Of a stretch of 64,000 bases of DNA, positions 13,312 to 24,000 are shown one piece after another. Positions within the stretch are counted from its first letter, which is position 1; every line of letters starts with the position of its first letter. Position numbers and translations under genes: made by a program. Location: assembly GCA_977017645.1 (NCBI GenBank), contig OZ360219.1:233058001-233122000 (forward strand), in the 5' to 3' direction. Source of the DNA: Torpedo marmorata (lineage: Eukaryota). The notes beneath the pieces are model-generated. The model was given only the letters and a program-made list of their open reading frames with translations, ran no database searches and was not told the DNA's origin.

Positions 13312-13329
13312 TGGGGGCTCGTCCAGGAT
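13312..13329 (+). promoter_or_regulatory. Primer-binding site, tRNA-Pro
   Basis: TGGGGGCTCGTCCAGGAT is 17/18 to the canonical tRNA-Pro PBS TGGGGGCTCGTCCGGGAT, 3 bp after the LTR. Confidence 0.93.
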
Positions 13330-13414
13330 TTTAATCAAAATCCATCTTGGTATTTGAAGGAATCCCAGTTTGGTTTAAGGCATTCATTTTGTAAAGCTAA
13401 TTAAAAGCTAGTGT

Positions 13415-14686
13415 GTGTGTAACAAAAAACCAGCAACAATGGATGTAGAACATTTTTTGGAATCACATGAACCTGATACTTTAAAAAAGGCGAAAAAGGA
13501 ACAGTTAGTGGCTATAGCAACAGAGTTGGGCATTGCTTCTGTAAAACCATCTATGAAAAAGGCAGAGATTGGGAGAAAAATAGTCAAATACTATATAAAA
13601 GAAAAAAAGTTTGAGGAGAGCATGTTAGAGCAGTTTCCCAAGGGTAAACCTTCTGAAAACATACAGTTGGAATTAAATAAATTGGAATTGGAGGCAGCCG
13701 GAGAACAAAAGAAATTAGAATTGGAGGCAGACAGGGAACAAAAGAAATTAGAATTAGAATTGGAATTGGAACGAAAGAGATTAGACTTAGAGAACGATGA
13801 GAGAAATAGGAAATATGAGTGGGAAAATATGAAGTTGGAAAATGAGAGGAGACAAGAAGAGCGCCAAGATCAAATTCGTCATCCTGCTGATGGGTTTTTG
13901 GCTAGTAGGGAAGTTAAGTTGGTTCCTCCATTTGAGGAGGAAGAAATAGATAAGTACTTCCAACATTTTGAGAAAGTGGCTGTGAAATTAAAATGGCCAC
14001 AAGACCAATGGTCTCTTATGTTACAAAGTGTAATAAAAGGAAAAGCTCAGCAAGCTTATTCTACTCTTACCACAGAGCAAGCTGCTGATTATGAAACGGT
14101 GAAAAAGGCTATACTCCAGGCTTATGAGTTAGTTCCAGAGGCTTATGGACAGAAGTTTAGAAATTTAAAAAGATCAGCAACCCAATCTTATACAGAGTTT
14201 GCCTTTGAAAAAGTTGTGTGTTTTGACAGGTGGTGCACATCTAAGGAAGTAAACAATGATTACAATCAATTGAGAGAATTGATAATAATCGAGGAGATAA
14301 AAAGGTGTGTTCCTGAGGATATTAAGGCATACTTAGATGAAAAGGAGGTGAAAACTTGGCAAAATTCAGCTAAGTTAGCAGATGAATATGCTTTAACCCA
14401 CAAGCCTAAGTGGACGTCAGGTAGAATTTTCCAAAAGGTCACGGTGGATAATCAGAAGCAAGTGGAAAGTAAATTTGGAAGTGGTGTTAAGGAAAGGGAT
14501 GAAGGAAAGTGGAAAAGGGAAAACAATTCAGGTCCTATTTGCCACTACTGTAGGAAGGCTGGTCATATGCTAGCAAGCTGTCCAGTGTTGAAAAAGAAGA
14601 GAGAAAAGGATGCAACACCTAATGCTTGTAGTCAGAGTGAGAAGATGTATAACACCCAGGAAGGAGATAAATTTACTGACAGTTAA
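13415..14686 (+). CDS. Gmr1-like Gag (coiled coil, SCAN-like capsid domain, CCHC zinc knuckle); likely ATG at 13439
   Basis: VPPFEEEEIDKYFQHFE, YETVKKAILQAYELVPEAY..KFR, CHYCRKAGHMLASC. Confidence 0.85.
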   Translation: MCNKKPATMDVEHFLESHEPDTLKKAKKEQLVAIATELGIASVKPSMKKAEIGRKIVKYYIKEKKFEESMLEQFPKGKPSENIQLELNKLELEAAGEQKKLELEADREQKKLELELELERKRLDLENDERNRKYEWENMKLENERRQEERQDQIRHPADGFLASREVKLVPPFEEEEIDKYFQHFEKVAVKLKWPQDQWSLMLQSVIKGKAQQAYSTLTTEQAADYETVKKAILQAYELVPEAYGQKFRNLKRSATQSYTEFAFEKVVCFDRWCTSKEVNNDYNQLRELIIIEEIKRCVPEDIKAYLDEKEVKTWQNSAKLADEYALTHKPKWTSGRIFQKVTVDNQKQVESKFGSGVKERDEGKWKRENNSGPICHYCRKAGHMLASCPVLKKKREKDATPNACSQSEKMYNTQEGDKFTDS

Positions 14687-17275
14687 AGATGTATTTAAAC
14701 CTTTTGTGACTGATGGTTTTGTTTCAGTTAAGGCAGGATCAAAACAAGTTCCAGTGAAAATCTTGCGAGATACTGGAGCTGCTCAGTCACTTGTGTTAGA
14801 TAGTGTCTTGGAATTTTGTGAAGCGACTGACACCGGTGACATAAATTTAATTAAAGGAATTGGTGGTGAGGTTGAGTCCATTCCTTTGCACAAAATAGTA
14901 TTGGACTCAGACTTGGTGGAAGGACCAGTTATAATAGGAGTGAGATCAGAGTTGCCCGTAGAAGGAGTCTCACTGTTGTTAGGCAATGACTTGGCCAAGG
15001 GTAAAGTAGTTCCTGCAGTGCGAATGACCACTAAGCCAGTCATTCATAAGTCAGAGAAAGACTCTGATATTTATCCGGCATGTGCCATAACCAGGGCCAT
15101 GTCTAAGAAAAATGTCACTGTAGAGAAGGCAGTGGAAAATAACTTGGTAAAAGAAAAAGACACTGATAATCAAGAAAACCTGGAAAAGGTTGAGCTATCT
15201 CCTATGTTACACCCATCCACTGATAAGACACCTAAAGGCACAGATTTGTCACTATCCCGACAGGAGTTAATAGCAAGGCAAAAGGACGATCCTGATCTTG
15301 TTGACGTGAGGGATAAGGTTCTCTCTGAAGAGGAGATTAAAAAGATGCCAGTAGGTTATTATGAAAAAGATGGGGTGTTGATGAGAAAGTGGAGACCACG
15401 TGATGTTCCTGCCAATGAAGAATGGGCAGTAGTGCAGCAGGTTGTGATCCCTAAAGTATATAGGGATGCAATAATAACTTTGGCTCATAGTACACCCTTA
15501 GGTGGTCATCTTGGGGTGAAGAAAACTATAAGGAAGATAATGAAACAATTTTATTGGCCCAGTTTAAGAAGGAAGGTTGTAAGCTTTTGCCGGGCCTGTC
15601 ACACTTGTCAGGTGGTGGGTAAACCTAATCAGGGTCCCCCGGTGGCACCCTTGCAACCTATCCCTGCTTTCAGTGAGCCTTTCTCGAGAGTAATTGTGGA
15701 CTGTGTTGGCCCATTGCCCAAAACCAAAGCGGGGAATGAGTATTTGTGAACAATTATGTGTGCAGCCACCAGATTTCCAGAGGCCATTCCTCTGAGAAAC
15801 ATAAAAGCAAAGTCAATTGTAAAGTTTTTCACCTTGGTAGGTTTGCCAAGGGAAATTCAATCAGATCAGGGCAGTAATTTCATGTCAGGCGTTTTCCAAC
15901 AAGTGGTTGATGGACTAGGAGTTAAACAGATTGTATCCTCTGCGTACCATCCAGAAAGTCAAGGGGCCTTGGAGAGGTTCCATTCGACTTTGAAAACCAT
16001 TATTAGAACCTATTGTTGTGAGAAGGAAAAGGATTGGGATGAGGGGGTTCATTTGTTGTTATTTGCAGCGAGGGAGTCTGTCCAAGACTCGCTTGGTTTT
16101 AGTCCATTTGAGTTAGTTTTCGGACATGAGGTGAGAGGTCCTTTAAGATTATTAAAAGAACAGTGGATTAATCGTGATATGCATTTAAATCTGTTAGATT
16201 ATGTTTCAAAATTTAAGGATCGATTGCATAGGGCTTGTGAGATGGCAAAGGAGAATTTAAAGGCCAATCAACAGAGAATGAAGGTTTGGTATGATCGAAA
16301 GGCAAAGATGAGAACTTTTAAACCTGGTGAGAACGTATTAGTTCTGTTTCCCATCCATTCAAATCCTCTTAGGGCTAGATTTTCAGGACCCTATAGAGTT
16401 AAGTCAAAAATTAATGATGTCACCTATGTCATAGAAACACCTAATCGCAGACGAGACACACAGGTCTGTCATGTGAATATGATTAAGCCATATTTTGAAC
16501 AGGTGGCACATAAAGAGACTGAAAATGTACCACAGGTACTGGTTATTGACAGGGGTAAGGAGGAGACAGATAAAAGCAGATTCAGAGAGGGTCATGGGAC
16601 TGTTAATTCTCGGAGTTATGTAGTAGGACAGGGGCAGTTGGCGCCAGTAGAGGCAAAGGTTGTCGCTATTTCCGAGTTCCCTGTTCCAACTGGTAAGAAA
16701 ACTCTGAGGAGGTTCCTGGGAATGATTGGCTACTACCGCAAGTTCTGTAAAAACTTTGCTGATCTTGCGCTCCCTCTCACAAATTTGCTTAGAAAGAAAG
16801 AGAAATTTGTATGGTCAACAGGTTGTCAGGAAGCATTTGTCAAATTGAAAGCCATGTTATGCCACCAACCTGTGCTTAAGTCACCTAATTTAGAACAGTC
16901 GTTTTCTTTAGCCGTGGATGCGAGCGATGAGGCTGTGGGTGCGGTGCTGTTACAGAAGAAGAATGAAGAGGACATTGACCATCCGGTATCTTACTTCTCG
17001 AAGAAGTTCAATGATCATCAAAGGAATTATTCAACTATAGAGAAAGTTGTTGGCTCTTGTGTTGGCTCTACAACATTTTGATGTGTATATCTGTACAGCT
17101 CAAAAACCACTCATAGTGTATACTGACCATAATCCATTGGTTTTTCTTTGTAAAATGAAAAATAAGAATCGACGGTAGTTGAATTGGAGTCTAATTTTAC
17201 AAGAATATAATTTGGTAATCACTCATATAAAAGGGAGAGATAATGTAATTGCTGATTGTCTTTTTAGATGTTAAA
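14610..17275 (+). pseudogene. Gmr1 pol: protease, integrase, RT remnant/RNase H
   Basis: LRDTGA; H..GGHLG..C..C; DCVGPLP; SDQG; GPY; FLGMIGYYRKF; VDASD; YSTIEK; YTDHNPL; NVIADCL. In-frame TGA at 15747-15749, frameshift near 17045, no YxDD. Confidence 0.9.
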
Positions 17276-17406
17276 CTTTATCAATGAAAATAGTTCATAT
17301 TTTGTATTTGTGGATGAACATTGTAGATTTAGTTTATATTCTGACACCTCAATTACTTTCCTAAATTTTGTTCTTGCAGACCAAAATTTCCTTTGTGGGT
17401 GGGAGG

Positions 17407-18293
17407 TGTTATGGACCATGACTGACCATTTGGACTGCGGACGGTCAGCAGGAAGGATGAATTCTTTTGGAGTATACACTGGGGCCAGGTACTGAAAGAG
17501 TTAACTTCCCCAGCTACTTGGTGTACCCAGGCAAGATACATTGTTGCACTCTTGGTGTACCCAGACAGAGAGAGACCAGAGAGAGAGACAGAGATACATT
17601 TGTTTCACTTTTGCAAAAAGCAGGGGCAGATCTCTGCAAAGCAGACACAGTTGTGAGTTGCAAGGCTACAAGACACAGCCAAATCCAGGTGTGTTAAAAG
17701 TCAGAGAAAGACTGACAGAATAGCACATGGCCTCCTGTCTCAGAGAAATTCTGAGAAAAAGCAACTTCTGTGGAGAACAGGCGTGAGATCAGCGAGACTA
17801 GCTGTGAGATTCAAGCATACGCCTAAATCAGTGGTATACTGATCTGGAACTTGCAATCCTTATGAACCTACAAGAAGGGGACGTCATCAGAGAAGAAAAC
17901 AAGTATTTGTAAGCATAAACAGTCATTGTCTCTCTCCAACGTTCATTCAGAAGTACTTCTACCAGACTCAGAGCTGTATTGAAGCCTGAACTTAGAGAGT
18001 GGATTTTGTGGACTGTATTATCCTTTTTTTTGACTGACTTGTTTTTTTATGACTGACCTGGGGTTTTTGGGGAAAGTTTTTCCATTTTTACATAAGGGTT
18101 GGGCACAGACTGTAATGGTCTGGGCTTTACACACACACACATACACCTTTTAGATAAGAATAGAGTTTATAGACGTTTATAGTGGGGTTAATTGTTGTGA
18201 AATTATATGTTTACTTATGTTTAATAAATAATAATTTCAATTTTACCCCTTTTGCATTGCGTCTTCTGTCATTGCTGGTTTGAATTTGTAACA
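17407..18293 (+). repeat. 3' LTR (887 bp)
   Basis: Follows the PPT; matches the 5' LTR. Confidence 0.97.
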
Positions 18294-18309
18294 ATAAATA
18301 ATCAGAAAA

Positions 18310-19155
18310 ATGTCTCAGAAAGCAGCAAAGAAGACAAAAGTGGCTACTGAAACAGCAACTGCCTCTGAATCTGAAGAGGAGATTACCTGTTCTCTGGTAA
18401 CGGTTACTAATCTGATTAAATCAGAGAATAAGGAGTTATACGAGAAATTAATGACAGCCGTGTTCAAGTTGGAGGGAAAGTTGGATCAATCAATAGAGGC
18501 AACAACACAGATGCAAAAATGTGTACAAGAAGTTGAACAACTAGTACATCTTACGACAGACTCGCTGGAAAAAAAGATGAATAATCTCGACTTAAAATAC
18601 AACAATCTGTCATCTCGTTTGGTCAACCTGGAGGGCCGTAGCAGGCGGCAGAATATTCGAATCTTGGGAGTTAAAGAAGGCATCGAGAAGGGGCTCTCTC
18701 CTGTAACAGTCTTTGCTCAGCTACTTACCGATTTAGTTGGGAAAGAAGCAATAACTGGAGAGCTCCTAGTGGATCGGTCATATCGGATTCCTTCTTTCAG
18801 AGGGATATCGGAGGCACGTCCAAGAGTAGTGATTGTTTGCTGTCATTATTATCATAAAAAGGAACAAATCATTCAAGTGGCTCGTCGAAAGAAGGACTTG
18901 AATTTTCAAGGCCAACCTATTAGATTGGTAGAAGATTTATGTCCAGAAGTATTGGCGATGAGAAGAAAGTTTCATGATGTTATGCAGATTTTCTATATTG
19001 AAGGTCTGAGGCCAGTTATGCAGTATCCAGCGCATCTTCGAATTGTTTTGAAAAATGGGCAGAAGATATTTTTTAATTCCGAGGAGCAAGCAAGAAATGC
19101 ACTTGTTAAGATTTTGCCTGGTTCCTCTGACCAGTTGGTACTTGGAATGGGTTAA
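18310..19155 (+). CDS. L1 ORF1p (Transposase_22-type RNA-binding protein), intact 281 aa
   Basis: Coiled coil followed by LEGRSRRQNIRILGVKEG, DRSYR, PRVVIV, EDL, YPAHLRI. Confidence 0.88.
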   Translation: MSQKAAKKTKVATETATASESEEEITCSLVTVTNLIKSENKELYEKLMTAVFKLEGKLDQSIEATTQMQKCVQEVEQLVHLTTDSLEKKMNNLDLKYNNLSSRLVNLEGRSRRQNIRILGVKEGIEKGLSPVTVFAQLLTDLVGKEAITGELLVDRSYRIPSFRGISEARPRVVIVCCHYYHKKEQIIQVARRKKDLNFQGQPIRLVEDLCPEVLAMRRKFHDVMQIFYIEGLRPVMQYPAHLRIVLKNGQKIFFNSEEQARNALVKILPGSSDQLVLGMG

Positions 19156-21054
19156 CTTTTTAGCTTCTAAGGGAGTGATACCATTCTGTAACAGGGGGAT
19201 GTCTAAGGGATTTCTTTCTGTTTGAATTATGATCTTACTATTGGGATGTACCACTGTAGGACTAAGGGTAACTAATTGAATTTTGATTTTTATAATCATA
19301 ATTTTAAGGGAGAAGGGATGTTGATTTTCATTTTCTTTTAGTGTTGATTTCCTTGGGTTTATTTCTTTTTTAAGTTTTGTTTTGGTTTATTTTAGATTTT
19401 AGACACAACAATGTAAATTGGTGCTTGGATATTGATATAGATCTCTTTGTTCTCAAGGGAATAGAAAATGGTGGTTGGGGAGTTATTTTAATTATTATGA
19501 TTGCTTAAATTCTTATGAGAGAATAATGGTGGTGTTATGGTTGTTCTAAAAACGGAGCAGACTATAAAGAATGGGAGGGAAGATGGCGTCGCTGGTTTTT
19601 GCCTGGGAGACTATTTTCCCTCCCCCATCTCTGTTTTCCTTTTTTTCTGTGTGCTGGTCTGTGGGCTGATATTTGGAAAGAGTTTTGTGTGAATTTGGAT
19701 TGGTTTGTAGTTTTTTTTTAATATATAAGGTTATAACTTCTGGAATATTGAAGCGACCTATTACCAATGTGTGATAGACTCCACAGGGAATGTTACTGAG
19801 CAGTTTATCAAGCTGCCTGGACAGATCTCCAGCCTGTGCTGAAATGTCTCTCCTCCATCAGAGGTGTTGGTTTCCTAGGCATCACTCCCACTGAATTTTT
19901 GCTTTGGATGTGATGACTCTTGTTATTCTGGGGTCAGCTTCTTGTCCTGCCAGCATGAGCTTTAAGGGAGTCGATAACTGCAGGGGGAAAGCTGCAGGGG
20001 GAAAGCTGCAGGCACAGTACAGTACGTTTCCCTATATCCGACTACTGCTATTTTGGTGTTTGCTTTTAGCTTTTATTTTTAAACAGGGTTTTTTTTTTTC
20101 CTTCTGTATGTTTAGGTGGATTGGGGGTTGGGGATTCTTTTTTTCTTTTAACAAGTTTTGAACTAAATATTGTGCAGTTTAAATGATATATTAATCTGCA
20201 CATATCAATTGTTGTTATTGATCTGTGATAATAACAGAGAATTGGGGAATTTTAAGTTTGGTTTACTCCTGTCTTTTGCCGATCTGTGTTATTATCAAGT
20301 GTTTTTTCTTGGGGAGGGGTTCCCCTTAATTTTATTTTATTTTATATGCATATATATATAATGTTTTATAAATCCTTTACTATATATGTATTGGACTTTT
20401 ATGTGTGGGGATATAATAGTAAGTTAGTTTGACATTAACAAATACTATAATGAATTAATGATTGGTTACTGGATTGTAGGGAATGATTATCTCTTTAAGT
20501 TCATAAATAAACTTTAGAAAGGAATTATTACTCCTATACATGTATCGCATTGATTGGCTGTTATGGGGTTATTTTTACAAGTTTTGGTATGGAGTTGGAA
20601 CCCCTGCTTTTTTTTTCTCTTTTCTCTTATTTTTTTTCTTTTCTCTTTTTATCTTTTCTCTTTTTTTTTTCTTTTCTCTATTTTTTTTCTTTTTTTTTCC
20701 TTTTTTTTATTCCCTCCCCCTTTTTTTTCTTTCTTCTCTCCGGGGAGGGAAAGTGTTAAATAACACTTGATTTTTACAATTCACTAGGATTTATTTAAAC
20801 TATTTTAAGTTTGTTGGCTTGAGCTTATCCATCACAATCAAGTATTATGGGGTTTCTATTAGTTAGTGAGTAGATCTCCCTCATGTTGGGAGATCTTCAG
20901 TTTGGGGTGGGCCGGGAGTGGGGGTGTATTAGTATAGTGGGTAGGACAAGGTTACCAAAAGGTTTTGATGTATGTCTTTATGGATCCAAAATGGTGGTCT
21001 ACGGGGTTGGCGGAGCTCTCAGGTTAGTAAGTGTGGAATAATTATTTAGTTGGT

Positions 21055-24000
21055 ATGGTTCCAATCAATATAGTATCATGGAATATTAAAGGTTTGAATC
21101 ACCCTATTAAACGGCGTAGAGTTTTGGCACATTTAAGACAATTAAAGGCAGATGTGGCCGTTTTTCAAGAAACCCACATTAAAAATTCCGATAAAGATAG
21201 ATTAATGTTTAGATGGAAGGGTCAATTTTTCCATTCCTGTTCTGAAGCAAAAATCAGAGGAGTTTCGATATTAATTAATCAAAATATTCCATTTGTATTA
21301 CATAATAGTATATTGGACAAACAAAGTTGTTATATTATTTTATTAGGTAAATTATATAATAAACTGGTGGTATTAGCGAACGTTTATGCTCCAAACATTG
21401 ATGATCCAGCTTTTTTTGAAAAGTGTTTTTCATTTTACCTGATTTAAATCAGCATTCATTGATTTTGGGAGGTGATTTTAATTGCTGTTTGAATATGGTT
21501 TCAGACCGTTCTTCATTAAAATTAGCAACTCTCTCGAAATCTACAGTATTATTACATTCCTTTATGTCGATTTATGGTATTACAGATGTTTGCCGTTTTT
21601 TAAATCCCACTAGTAGAAAATATTCTTTTTTGTCCAATGTGCATCGTTCTTATACGAGGATAGGTTACTTTTTAATTGATATTCAATTAATTTCTATGAC
21701 GAAATCATGCGAATATCAAGGAATAGTGATTTCTGATCATGCTCCAGTTATTTTATCTATGAACTTCTATGATATCTCATTTACAAAAAGACATTGGAGA
21801 TTTAATACGACTCTCCTTGAAAATCAAGATTTTTAAAACTTTATGGAGAAGCAAATACAGTTCTTTTTTGCTACTAACTCTTCTCCGATGATGTCTAATT
21901 TGATAGTTTGGGACACTATGAAAGCTTATTTGAGAGGACAAATTATTTCATATACTGCTTATATTAAGAAGAAATCTAATAAGGAAAGATCTGATTTAAT
22001 TAACCAGATTAAACAAATTGACATTCAATTATCTCAAAATAAAAATCCGGATTTTTATCAGAGAAGAGTAGAGCTTAAAGCAAAATTTGATCTTCTATCT
22101 ACTTATCCAATTGAACAACAATTGTTAAGAAGTAGAAGTTTATTTTATATTCATGGAGAAAAAACTGGTAAGTTACTAGCTGGACAATTGAAAGGAATTT
22201 CTGCTAAAAAACAAATAAACAAGATTAGGATGAAGGATGGAAAAATGACAACAGATTATCTTAAAATAAATGAGACTTTTAAGGAATTTTATTCTAACAT
22301 TTATAAATCAGAATTTGGTAATAATCATGATTTGATGTCAGAATTTTTGGATCGATTGAATCTTTCGGTGCTACCTCGGGATGAACGTCCAATCTTGGAG
22401 AAACCTATTTCTCAAGAGGATATAGCCCTTGCTATTTCCTCCCTGCAGTCTGGTAAATCTCCAGGGCCAGACGGATTTCCTGTGTAATTTTATAAATATT
22501 TGTCCAAACAGCTTGTACCTCATCTGTGTGGTATTGGGTGATTCATTTAATAAGGGTAAGCTTCCCGTATCTTTTAATGAGGCCAGTATTTACTTAATTC
22601 TTTAAAAGGGTAAAGAATCGACTGAATGTATATCTTATAGACGCATTTCTTAACTTAATGCAGATATGAAGATTTTGTTTAAAGTATTAACATTCAAGAT
22701 TCAAGATTCAAGATTCAATTTATTGTCACAGCAATAAGACAGTGTCATAAACCACAAAATTTCTTTTTGCCTGCTGCAAGGCAGACAGATTCGCCATCGG
22801 CAGAAATTGCCTAAGCGCCTCTAACATTCCTTACAGTCAGAGAAAGAGAAGCAAAAGAGAGTCCCCCCAGAGTCACCGAGTGTCCATAGATTCGCCTCCA
22901 GCGCTTCCGCAGCCACACAGAGTCCAGTCGAAACGATCAGCATCCCGAGCTTCAGATCTGAACCTCCAACACGGTCAGGTCGCCCTCGGCACCCCCTCAC
23001 ATCCCGGTTCTGATACCTGGTACTCCTCCAGCCAGTTCGAGCCAACCTCCAGCAGTCCGCAGCCCGGCGTGAGTCCCCCGACAGCAGTCTCCAGCAGCCC
23101 ACAGCCTCCGCGGGTTCCTCGCCTCGAGTCGCCAGCAGCCCGCCGCATGCACTGGTCCTTCAGCCTCAGAGCCCCTCACCGGTCCGCCGCCCTGGTCACC
23201 ATCCCATGGGTTGTCTCCTCTGCTTCTCCTTCTCAGACGGGGGTGATCTTCCCGTCCACTGGTGCCCTGCTCCAGTCCCCTGCTTCCCCGGAGTCTGCAG
23301 CCCCTCGTGGCTGCTGCCGATTAATAGGCGCTGCCATCTTGGGCGCAGACCCCGCGATCGCAGGATCTTAAATAAAACCACCGTCGGCTCCTTTAACAGG
23401 CTGTTCAAAGCCCGTGCGGAACCGACGGCAGTCGACTGGGCGGCTGGACCCCGCGGGAGCGCTGTATCTCTGCTGTATCTCCGCTCCCACGCTCCTCGCG
23501 GGTCCGCACCAGCGGCAGCGCTGCCGCTACAGCGGCTCCGGCAGCGCGGCCATCTTTTTATTAGCACATAGATTAGAAAATATTTTACCTTTAATTATCG
23601 ATTTAGATCAGACTGGATTTATTAAAAATCGTTATTCATATTATAACATTAATAGATTGTTGAATATTTTATATTTACCTTCTACTCCGGAGACGGAATG
23701 TATCCTTTCACTAGATGCTGAAAAAGGATTTGATCGGGTGGAGTGGGAATATTTATTTGCTATTTTATATAAATTTAATTTTGGTTCTGATTTTATTAAA
23801 TGGATTAAGTTACTATATTCTTGTCCTATGGCCTCAGTTTGATCTAATTTACAACAATCAGATATGTTTCGGCTTAATAGAGGAACCCGGCAAGGTTGCT
23901 CGTTAAGTCCTTTGCTTTTTGATATGGTTTTAGAACCTTTAGCTGTTGCTCTTCGACATTGTAGAGAATTTAAAGGTATAACTGGAAACAGAATTGAACA

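Larger units (their letters stand above)
12409..18293 (+). mobile_element. Gmr1-type Gypsy LTR retrotransposon (gag-PR-IN-[RT deleted]-RH), non-autonomous
   Basis: Two LTRs TGTTA...TAACA; 4-bp TSD ATAA (12405-12408, 18294-18297); PBS; PPT GTGGGTGGGAGG; integrase upstream of RT/RNase H. Confidence 0.95.

Noticed and set aside
13682-13770. 33-bp tandem repeat in gag (ELEAAGEQKKL/ELEADREQKKL)
   Set aside because: Ordinary coiled-coil expansion in Gmr1-type Gag.
14610-14686. gag/pol overlap as a programmed frameshift
   Set aside because: No convincing slippery site identified, and the copy has other lesions; a mutational indel is equally likely.
15747-15749. In-frame TGA in integrase as a read-through codon
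   Set aside because: It falls in the conserved YLLTIMC motif; simplest reading is a Leu-to-stop point mutation.
20540-20770. Three Phe/Leu/Ser-rich ORFs resembling membrane peptides
   Set aside because: Artefact of the poly-pyrimidine tract in the L1 spacer.
22821-23842. Several overlapping 93-163 aa ORFs on both strands
   Set aside because: Stop-poor GC-rich sequence of the inserted retroposon with no recognisable domain; the tail of 23414..23842 is L1 ORF2.
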